This document shows, one piece after another, positions 14,320 to 26,500 of a DNA stretch of 64,000 nucleotides (positions within the stretch are counted from its first letter, which is position 1; every line of letters starts with the position of its first letter). Both the position numbers and the translations under genes were made by a program. A model generated the notes under the pieces. That model did no database searches and was not told the DNA's origin. It saw only the letters and a list, made by a program, of their open reading frames with translations. Source of the stretch: Octopus vulgaris. Lineage: Eukaryota. The DNA is taken from the NCBI GenBank assembly GCA_951406725.2, contig OX597827.1, positions 74,462,001 to 74,526,000 on the forward strand, given 5' to 3'.

Positions 14320-17300
14320 CATTTAAATATATATATGTGTGTGTGTGTGTTTGCGAGTATGTATGCATGCTTATATAAATGTGTATGCGTGTTTGTGTTT
14401 ATGTGTGCATGCATAATATATACATCCATACATATATGTATAAAGGTAATTTAACCAGGAATGTTTCTGTTGTAAAAGCTCCCCGATAGACATGATATCA
14501 TTTCAATAAAATTATAGCTAAAATATTTATTTCTTACAACATACCTTTCCTGCAGTAATCGTATCGTTTAATGCGATTATAGTATTACATTTTAATTGCC
14601 AAATCATCCTCCAAAAGTCTGTCAGTGTACTTTGTGTAGGACCTATTTAAATAAAAGAAGTATAAAATAAAACCCAAAAGAAAATTTCAAGAAATATTAT
14701 AATATTCCCTGCATTCTGTTCATATCTAACCCTGTTTGTTGTCATTTGTACTAATCTGGTTGGCACTGTCCTGTACGTTCTGTTTCCCACAGTCAATAAG
14801 CTCTAAAACTTCAACTACGAGCCATGAGATTTGCCTTTCAGAGTCTAACATTATAAGTAATTTCCATTGGAAAATAGAGCTATGTTCCATAATTATAGAT
14901 GTCAATGATATATAAGATATATCATATATGAATATTCTTCAAAGAACAACTAAATGATAAACTAGAGTTCATTTTTTCTTTTGCATGCGATTTCAGTTTG
15001 CATCCGACGTTTCAACATTGCGTTTGTGCGTATGAGTAGATACGTATACGTTTGTGAGTAGACAGACGTATATCTGAGTATGTGTGCATGTATTAGTGTT
15101 TGTGCGCGTGTTTGTGTGTGCCTCTCTGTGTGTGAGCATAATTGTGTATGTGCAAGTGAAATTTTTCTCTGCCCTCCCGCCATTTGCCTGTCTTATTTTT
15201 CTGCTCCACTTTTGTTTGATGTGTTTCTTTCTCATCCTTGCCTGTCTGATGCCTCGTCCCGTAAATCTTCACTTCATCGCTCCTTGCACTAATAAAACTT
15301 TTCTCTGTCTCCGTTCTTTCTAAGGTTGCATTTTAGCAGGACAGAAAATGTAATGCACACACAGACACACACACGTACGCGTGCTCACACACACACACGT
15401 GGCATACATACCACGTATACACAGAAACGATATAAACATGTAGTACAGTAAATTATACAACGGAGTTCCCAATATAAACGAGGGAAATCCATGATAGAGA
15501 ACATGAAAGTTCTTCGTTAGAGCGGATGTTTTCTGTACAGATGAAAGTAAATATCTAGAAATATAAATCAGGTACCGGTCTTTGGTAACCATTTATGGAG
15601 TATTCGTCTTTAGTTACACCTCTAATGACTATGGTATATATAGAAATGGAATACAAAGTAAAACCTGGAAAATATTATTTCATTTATTTTATTAAGGTTA
15701 TTTCTACAGAAATCATAGCCAGCATTGATTTTTTTTGCTACAAATTTTTGTACCGAGATGTCAGATGTAATCAATGAGATCGGAGACAAAAATGGGTAAT
15801 GAGTATATATACTATATTTAGGAAGTTTTCGCACTTTCATCAGCAGACATTTAACCCACTCTTGCCTCCGAACACACTGTTTATATATCCACCGCATACC
15901 AAAGTGTTAAGTAATCAGATATACCAATGTACACATCAAACGCATTCCTGGGGATGGTATGTAAGCATTAATGACTTATAGGTACGTAGTTTTTCGTTAT
16001 GCAACCATAATATACGTTAAGGTAAAAGTAAAGAGCACAGCTAAGGCAGAAGACATGGTGTTGACTCATAAAAACAGTTAATATACTTTATACTATAACG
16101 TTTATTGTTCATTATGGTGCATGACGAAATTCCACGTGCCTACAAATCATTATTAGTTCATTTATTGAAAGGCCTAAAGAAATTAGGATTCGCACAAAAC
16201 TTTCAATATGATTATTTTCTTTATCAATATAATTTATAATACATACCTTGACAAGCAATATAACGCTGGTTCTGAAACAAAGCAAAATTAATTTAAAAGA
16301 TTAATACACATGTCATTCATTCAAGTATTAAATAGCAAAGAATGAAATAGGAAATTTAATTCACTCTCGAGCTTCCATCTTTGTTAATGGTTATGGTTTC
16401 TTATCATTTCTTGTTATAGTAAATCTTACTTTGTTAATATTATTGTTGCTGTAACTCATCTTTAGTGCTACATTGAAATGTGAGCATTGATGATTATAAA
16501 ATTAACAGAGAATCCAACGAAACATTCGTCATCTAGTATATATAAATCGCAGTATGTGTGTGTGTAGAGTTTTCCATACTTTTTAATCTTTTTATAAAAG
16601 TGAAACGATTTTTTCTATTTATCTATTTCCACTATCCACCTATATAAATCACAATATGTGTGTGTATAATGACTAACGCTTACATTTCCACAGTTCTCAT
16701 CCGATTTTCACCAAACTTTGCACACACATTACTTATGTTCCAACGATCATCATGCACTATTACGCGTAATTGGACGTAAAGGGACATAGTGGAAGCATTT
16801 TGTCTAATTATTTCCCTTGTCTACATACGACAGTGATTCAGTTGAGTAGGAACACTGTACACGATAAATATCCAATACCAAACTATCTTAATCTACATAA
16901 TTAAGGTGCAGTAAACTTTGGCACGCTTACCTTTACCTATTCTGAGTTTGCACACACATTACTTATGTCCCAATGATGGTCATGCACTATAGCATTTTAC
17001 CCAGAGCTCCAGCGTAATTGGACGTAAAGGGACATAGACTTTTTGTATGGAGAGTTTTCTATCTTTTTTTCATCTTTTTATAAAAGTGGAAGCATTTTGT
17101 CTAATTATTTCCCTTGTCTACTAAAAAAATTGCAAACTCACTTTTGTGAGGTTGCGAATCAGTACTTAGTATTACGAACAAGTTAGGTTATGAAATATGA
17201 TAAACACTCTCTACATTTCTTAAAACTACAGAATGATTTTCAAATATTTAAATAGGGAAGAGACGCAATGGCCACATATATGCAGCATCAAAACCAAGAC

Positions 17301-20300
17301 GAGCACAGATAACAGAAAAGAATATGTTATGCTAACGCATAAGAAGATTGAAAGAAATATTTTGACATACATTGATGAAATTTGCATTGATGTAATCTGA
17401 GGAAGATATCTCGTCAGGCTGAAGTTTCACACGTGAATGGTCGTCTGAAATATGCAACGAAGAAATATATATATACTAATTAGCAAATAGTAGTTATATG
17501 AGCAAGAAATAGAAATCACAACGACATCTAAAAGCCAGAAAAATATATTGCTTAAATTAGTATTTAAAAAATTATCAATAAGAGAAGAAAACTTTAAACA
17601 AGCATTATGAATGTCAACATTAAGGAAAAAAGAGAAGCATGTGAATTTGCATGAGAGAGAACATAACAAGAAATTATGCACTGAGTCAACATTCCAAATC
17701 CTGCTCAATTTAAATCATTCAGTATTCATTTATTTGAACTCTATTCTATTACAAACAAGGTGCATTGAATCACTTTTATACAAATGTAGAAACTATTGAC
17801 TCATCTCATGGTATTTTTTCCTTTATTTCAAGGACTCACTTAGTATAAGTTTCCTGATTCATGGAGGGTACAAAACTATTTGATAGAAACATTTAAATAT
17901 TGCTTATAGGGATTTCGCTCTTATCCATTTTCTTTCAATTTCTATTGTTGTTATAGAGGAAAGGTTATACTTATTTCTCTGCATATCATGACATAGCAAC
18001 TTTACTCGGTTCTCATATTGATTAAATAAATAAGAAATAAATAACTGAAATAGTCTAGATTAGGTAATTACACGCAGCATAGGAGTGTAGTATAATAAAA
18101 CAGCTGTACTGAATTTTTTCAAAATTGTTTCTATTGATTTTTGAGGTACTTTGAAATTTCCACGTTAAAATTATTCAGAGTTCTCATCAATGTTCACTGC
18201 AGCTATCTGTATCAGCATCAATGTAGTTAGAGAGAGAATATTTTTCGAGTTGAAAGAAAAGTTATAATATTCAAGACATAAAAAAGGCATACATTTCATT
18301 TCAATTGTTTTCATTTGTATAGTGAGTATGAGGCCTTAAAATATATGAAAGAAATCAGTATTTACATGGAAGTATAAAGTTATGCAAATTCTTCCTTGTA
18401 TTCTCAGGTTTAGTTGCTTCAGTATAAGGCATTGGTAAGGTCTGTGGCAACCTCTACAAACATATGAAAATGAAAGTCGTACAGTTTTAACAACAACATA
18501 AATAATGTTATTATCAGAGACACATAAGGCGGCGATCTGGAAGAATCGTTAGCACGCTGGACAAAATGCTTAGCGGTATTTTGCCCATCGCTACGTTCTG
18601 AGTTCAAATTCCGCTGAGGTCGACTTTGCTTTCATCCTTTCGGGGTCGATGAATTAAGTACCAGTTGAGAACTTGGGTCGATATAATCGACTTACTCCTC
18701 CCCCAAAATTTCAGGCCCTGTGTCTTTAGCAGAAAGGATTATTAGTGACACATTATCAAGAATCTAGTAAATAACAGGAATTAATAACGCATTACTAACA
18801 AAATAATCAGTGAAAAGTTACTAACGATATATTTAGTGACACAATGATTTCTGACCTGAACATAAGAGCAATAGTTTTGAGGGGAGTGGATAAGTTGATA
18901 TTGTAGTTCCCAGTATCTGATTGCTGTTATATTTTATCGACCCCTAAAAGATAAAGAGTGACCTCGAAAGGATTTGAACTAAGAAAATAATGAAAGAACA
19001 GAAAGCAGTTTTACCACACACTCTAACGATTCGGCCGGTTACCGGCAATGCAACACAGTAGCGATAAATTTAGTGAGAAAATACTAACAAAAGGGCCGAT
19101 TACTAACTACTCAGTAAATATTAGAGTTCTATCAACACAACACTAGAAATAAAATTAGTGAAACGTTAACAACATATTTTGTGAAATACTATTAACTATG
19201 CAGTAAATGATTCTATAGTAATAATATTATTATAGTATTAACAATGCATTAAATGACACCTAACGAACAATATAGTAAATAGGGCAGTACAAATAATTGG
19301 CAAGTATTAATTTTATTTAGTGACAGGCTACTGTCAAACAGTGATATGTTGTACAACAAAGTAATGAGAGACTATTGTCATTACTATGTAACACTCTACT
19401 AATAATAATGTCATTAACAGTTAGCTAATATTGCTATCTAACTTATTTACTTCTACCATGTTAATGTTAAAATTTCTCATCTTGATATTAGCATTTTAAA
19501 CAGTGTTAGGTTAAACATAGCTCATATATGGCATTGTACTAACTCGGTTTTCACAAATAATACACAACTAGAATAAATGAAGTATCACATCTCTCGGATA
19601 TATTGATACGTTAAATTTATACTGACACTAAAAAGAATAGTGCTTCAGTATTAATAATAAATGAGATTACGAATAAACAAAATGTTTGAAAATATTCATA
19701 AAAGGCAGTCACTGACCAAGAATTCATCATTATATGGTTCCACTTCCTGTTTCTCCTGAGCAACATAATTCAGTAGATATGAGTGAGACGAGGAACTGGC
19801 TTCGTTGATGTATACACCTTCGCTTTCCTTCATCTGTATATCGTCATAGATATGTGCTATGAATAATGATAATAAATATTAATAGGGAAAAAATGCGCAT
19901 ATACACAAATATTAATAGTTACTAAAAAGTATAAATACGCACTCTTCCAGAAATATACACATATATATCTCCTGCCCAATTCAAGATCACAACATACATG
20001 TACACTGCAACATAATTTCTTTTCCTCAACAGGCCCTGCCCTATTTAACATTGTCCCGAGGGAGATCAAAGAGGAAAAGGATCCCATCAACTTTAAACAG
20101 AGTCTGGATAGATTCCTTCAAAGAATACCAGATAAGCCACCCATAATTGGATACAACTCACCCAACAAGAACTCACTACTTGAACAAAACTGGATACAAC
20201 TCACACAACAAGAACTCACTACTTGAACAAAACTTGACTTAAACAGGATTCGAATAATCCTATCAGGTGGTGCTATTAAGTTAGACATGGCCTGGACCAA

Positions 20301-20446
20301 TCTTTGGTCGAAACATATCTAAGTTTATCTAAGTTCTAAGTTCATATAGACTCACTTAAAGTGTTATGTGTGTGTGTTGTCTGTGTGTATGTGCGTGTGT
20401 GTGCGAATGTGTGTACGTGCGAGTATGTGTGTGTGTCTGTATGTAT

Positions 20447-20515
<69 letters not shown>

Positions 20516-23500
20516 TAATCAAAATACCACATTCATAGAAATTTTACTTGACTTCACATTCTCGCTTTAAATATTAGAAAACCACAATTGTATTTTATCG
20601 TTACATTTAAATTTCTTTGTTTTCCATTCTCGTTCATTAGCTTAATTTCCTATTTTTCACTCAATGCTTTCTGCATTGTCTTTTATCTGTTAGGTAATAA
20701 TTGCGATACTTACCACCAAAGATTTGCACGACATTCACTTTTTCCCATTTCTTACCCGTAATGTTTTCTCAACATACTAGACATAGCAGTTGAACTCCTA
20801 TCAAATGAATTTTCTTCGTAGATCGAAAACATTTAATTTCCCTCGGCCCTTATCATAACGACTTAAACTTATTGTTGATAGAATACTTCTGTATACATAA
20901 TGTTATTTTTCATATGATACATATTTTAAAATAAAGTTGTCTTTCTCTTTATAAAGTAACATAATCCATATCTTTTTAAGCATTCAGTCACTTGCTCATA
21001 ACCATCGGAAATCAAATTAAATTATCATCAATATAAAATATTCCGAGTTTCCGATTAGCTTTTAACAATAGAAATTAAAAGTATTCAGTAACTTGTGAAT
21101 TCGAATATTGGGTTAACAGAAGTATTTGTAGGTAAAAATCACAAAATGTTACAAATATGGGCTCATGATACGAGAACATTTTTTGATGTCCTTCGTTATT
21201 CATAGCGATGTCATTGTTTGTTTCTTCTCGAGACATACATGTCTCATAAGGGTTGGTTTCCAAGTTTCATTGGCGTATAGTTTCCCCACCTGGACGGGAC
21301 GCCTGTCCGTCGCAGGTGAGTGCTTGACGGAGGGGGAAAGGGTGAGAAAAAGTTGTGGCGAAAGGGTCAACAGAAGTTCGCCATTGCCTAAGCCACACAG
21401 AACTTATGTATTTTGTTAATAAACACACACATCGCTCGGCCTGAGGTTTGAACCCACGATCCTTCGACTGAGAGTCCGCTGCTCTAGCCACTAGGCTATT
21501 TTCCTCCACATAACCATGTTTTCCAGAAATGAAGAAGCAAATATGTAATGGATCAGATGTCGTCTAAAACTAATCACAGCTGAAAAATAACTAAATATTC
21601 AGGTTAACAATAGGTACTATATAGCAGTGTCAGAGGTGAATCTCGTTGGGTTAAATATGCTGATTTATATCCTTCTGTCCAATATCTTATATACTCGAAC
21701 TGCAGTACGTTTACTTCAACGCCGATGGTGATGTTGAATACATTCAAAGCAAGAATGACAGGTCTACTGAGATTCACTGAGATTCACAGATTTTACCAAA
21801 TAGTTCAACAGTGCATAATATAAATTTAACTTAAATATACCACATACACATAATCAATATACACGATAAAGTAAACATGTTACTGTACAATAAAATAAAT
21901 ATCAATACACGTTGTCGTCAACAAAGCATGATCGCGCTATGAGCAATTGTAGCCTTCTTAGAGTTTTTTAAATAAATATTTGTCAACATTTTCAGTTCGT
22001 ACACATCCTATAAAGACTCAATTCCTTTTGTTTGCCATGTGGCAAATGTAGTGAAAGTATGTTTGAAGAAATAGTGAGAGAGAATAAACCTACCTGTATC
22101 GTCAGGAATAGCTTCTGAATACATATTTTCCGATGTTTTGCGAATTCTCTTACCACGTTTTGCAATTTGCTTTTTTTTCCTATATAAGTATAGATTTATT
22201 TCATGAACTACTAATGTGTAAATATCAGTGTGACTGTCTGATTAAAACCAAATAGTTAAATATCATATAGTTATAAGTTACAAGTAGCATATAGTGTACT
22301 ATTAATATTGATATATCTCACGTAAATCTATATTGATAGATTACAATAATTAACAAGAGAACACCAAAGTCTTCATCTTCATACGGGAAATCAGCTGTGT
22401 GACACATTACTTCGAATTTAATACTCTTTTATTTATATCATGAATTTCACGACTGATATATCATTGCCAACAGAAAAAAACTTATTTCTTCATTTTTACA
22501 AGGATTAAATTTTCATCCTATATGAAATACCGTTATCTTAAATATTATTAAATACATAGCGTGGCGCAACTATATTGTCATTGTTTTCATCCCTATATTT
22601 TCTGAATTCATTCAGTTACCAACAGATATGAGCTTGCTTTTCATTGCATCTAGGTTGATAAAATGAATGTTAAACAACTCTATTTTAGTTTTGGAGATGA
22701 TTCCAACATGCTACACCTATGTCATGTCAGGTTATATCACGGTGCCAATGTAATGGACTACAATTATTAGTAAAAAGTTTCAAGATTGTAAGGCGGAGAT
22801 CAGACAGAATCGTTATTACGCCGGGCAAAATGATTTGCAGCATTTTGTCCATATTTACATTATAAGTTCAATTTCAACCGTGGTTATCTTTGCATTTCAT
22901 CCTCTCGGGGTCGATGAAATAAGTGTCAGTAATTCTGTCCTTGTACCAACATTCGAAACACGTATATGTCAAGATCGTGTACACATACGCACGCGCAAGC
23001 ATACACTTAAATATATATCCTTAATGCTTCCGGTTTAACATCTCACATGCGTTTTATATTTCTGGATAAAGACTCTTGGCTGCCGATGCTTAAGTATTTA
23101 TCATAATATCAGGCTGAGTAAAAAGTAAGCAACATTTTGAAACATGAAATTCCTCACTATACATTTCAACAATGCGGAAGTACCATTACAATCAACACAT
23201 TTTTGCCAATGAGTCACACGTTTGTTTATTCCAGTAACATAAAAATCTGGAGTTCAGGATCTAATGAAATATTTCAGCATCGTTTTGATTTTTGAATGCC
23301 TTCTCTCGCAGGAAACCATCAAGGTGTTTGAAAAAGTCATAGTCAGTAGGACAAAAATCTGGGGAATAAGCTGGGTGTGGAAGAATTTTGTAGCCAAGTT
23401 CCCTCAATTTCTGAAGTGTCGTTAGTGAAACGTACGGTCGAGCATTGTTATGAAGAATGATCAGCCCTTTTTTGTTGCCCCGTCTGAGACAGAAGAGTAG

Positions 23501-26500
23501 CAGTTTTCCGTTCATTTTGGTAATTTCATGGCAAGTTGTTTCTACAGTAATGGTTTTTCCGGGTTTGAAGAAGTTATATTGGATGAGTCCAGCAGTACAC
23601 CACCAAACAGTCTTTATGAAGAAAAGCTGAAGACGCTCTAGAAAAACGACGACGCCGTGGTGATCTCATCATTGCTCACAACATCATAAGCGGAAAGTGT
23701 AACCTCTCGAAAGAGCTGTTCTTCACTCCTGCTCCAGAGCATCGGCTGCGGGGTCACTCCTAAAAGCTCTATCTGCGACGATTTCATCTCAATCGAAGGA
23801 GAGGGGCTTTCTCCGTCCGGGTTGCGGATCCGTGGAATAAGCTGCCGGACGAGATAGTGAAGATGACGACGACCGCTCGGTTCAAAGTCTCCCTTGACCA
23901 CAAGTGGCCTGAACTCTTTACATGAACACCACCCTGTACATAACTCCATGTCCCCCTACATGGCCTTGCGTTTTGCTTTTTGAACCCAAAAATTAACTAA
24001 CTAACTAACTTATGGAAGTAGCAGAAGACAGAGGAGTAGCAGTTTTCCGTTCATTTTGGTAATTTCATGGCAATATGTTTCTACAGTAATGGTTTTTCCG
24101 GGTTTTAAGAAGTTATATTGGATGAGTCCAGCAGTACACCTTTAAACAGTCACCATGACCTTTTTGAAGAAATCGGGACTATGGAAGGTTTCCGTTGCTT
24201 CAGTTTGGTCCAACTACTGCGAAGAACGTTTTCTTTTATTGCACAGTATCGACTTTTCATCGCAAGTTAGAATACGGTCGAGAAACAGATCGGTCACGTT
24301 AGGTAGGAGAGGCGACGAGCAAATTTCATATCTGAGCATTTTCCGATTTTCAGTCAAATTGTGTGGTACCCATTTGTTGAGCCTTTTTGATTCTTTGATC
24401 GCACTTGCAGGCAGTTTTCTGGCTAGCCTGAAGTTCTTTTCCCAGTTTTCGAGTGGTTTTACGTGGATCTTACTCAATAACGATCTTTAATTGACCGTCA
24501 TCGATAACAGATGAGCGTCCACAACGTTCGCGATCTGCAAGGCCATTTTGGAGCAGACCAATCACAGGTCATTTCTTAACCAAATGTTTCGTTGATATTG
24601 CGAGCTGTTTTAGCTGCTTTACGCCCTTTTTAGTAGTTGAAAAGCAAAATTTCTCGAATATCGCGCTTTGACAGTTCCATTTCAGATGATTGTAACAACA
24701 GTGAAAAAATATCAATATTAATTTATTAAGGCATTTGGGCAATTCTATTATCAAACAATTGGTAAAAAAATAAACACTTAAAAATTCAAAACTCTTCAAA
24801 AATCCGGCACAAATTCTTCATGGTTCAAAATGTTGATTACATTTTACTCAACCTGATATAACTTATGTTTTCGTAAAGCTATCTCATGAAATTTATCGTT
24901 ATTGCGAGAATAATTGTAACAACGATTCATAAAGTATCTGTGAACCATGTGACTTATATATTAAAAAAGGATTTGTAGCGAGAGAAAATATTACCAATGG
25001 AAATAACTGAGAGCAGTATATTATATGCTTAGTTACGATATTTGACAAGGTACCATATTTTTGATGGAGAAGAGAAATTGGTCGATAAAACTCTTATAAA
25101 GAGAAGAGGCAAATTATCTCAACCAACATTTTCAGTTATTTATTTCATTGAATGGAATGCTTTACTCCACGAAATACTTTAAACACTATTGCAAACTATA
25201 CCGAAAAATATCTTCTTGACTGTTGAAATATTTTTCAGATACACTGTCTAAATAAACGTAATATCGATTAGACTACATCGACATTATTCAGCGCCTTATT
25301 AAACTGTTTGACAAATATTTGTCATCAATCATATATCAAGGTGTACCAAGAATAATTTTTAATGCTGACTTCAAATATACAATTTGTTTTTTGACATCAC
25401 GTATAGTTTGTAAGATGAGAAAGTCATTTGGTTTTAGCTCACGCATCATAGAGAAATTTCAATTAATATTAGTGACGTGTATACATCATGGAAGTATACG
25501 TTTAAAATAAACTACATTATTCATTGTTACATAGTTCAGATGTAATATTTCATCATCTTAAATTAACCAATAAAGTTTTGTTTGATAAAATAGGTATTTC
25601 AACATCTCAAATTGTCCAGTTATAGTTGGTCTGATGAAATATTTCTTCATCTCAAATTCAATATAACTATAATTGTTTTATCTATTTCCCGACTTCTTTT
25701 CTGTGTTAACAATGTCAAGACAGTGCAGAAATTGTTGTGATGTATTTTGTCATGCCTGTGGACAATTTATTGCCAACGCTCAAAAACTTACAATAACACC
25801 AGAGATCAAGAAGATTTATAAGCTATACTTTGACTGTTCCTTTGGAGATCAGGACACATTATGGGCACCACATATTATCTGCTCAGCTTGCTCAAATGGC
25901 TTATGTGACTGGTCTAAAAAGAAGAAGAATTCTATGCCTTTTGCCATTCTAATGATAAGGAGGGAGCCGAAAGACTATTTTAATGAATGTTGTTCTTGCA
26001 AAGTAAATGTCACAGGATATTCTATGCGGAATAAAGACAAAATTGTGTATCCCACTTTGGATTCTGCAATGAGACATATGCCTCATAATGGAAGTCTGCC
26101 AATTCCAGTTCCACCAGATGATGGTATTGAAACATCATATGATGATGCTGACTGTCACGATAGTGCTGCTGAGGATGATTACGTGGCTGATGACGATAGC
26201 TTTGAACCTGAGGAAAGTTTCCCCAGCTGAACTGAATGACCTTGTTTGAGACCTATCCCTCTCAAAAGATAAAACAGAACTGTTGCATGAAGACTGAAGG
26301 AGAAGTATCTGATAGAAAACGGTTATCGAATAACTTATTTGCAGCAGAGAAATGTGGTTCTACAAACGTGATTTTCTATTGAGGACTTCCTTTACTTTTG
26401 CAGTAACATCGATTGGCTTTTCGAACGTGTATGACAAAGCCATGATCCTGCAGAGTGGCATTTATTTATTGACTCTTCAAAATAAAGTTTAAAAGCTGTA

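Noticed and set aside
20714-20776. GTAAGT donor suggesting another juxtamembrane exon
   Set aside because: No convincing acceptor or protein signal; exons 22094-22179 and 19717-19856 already join in phase.
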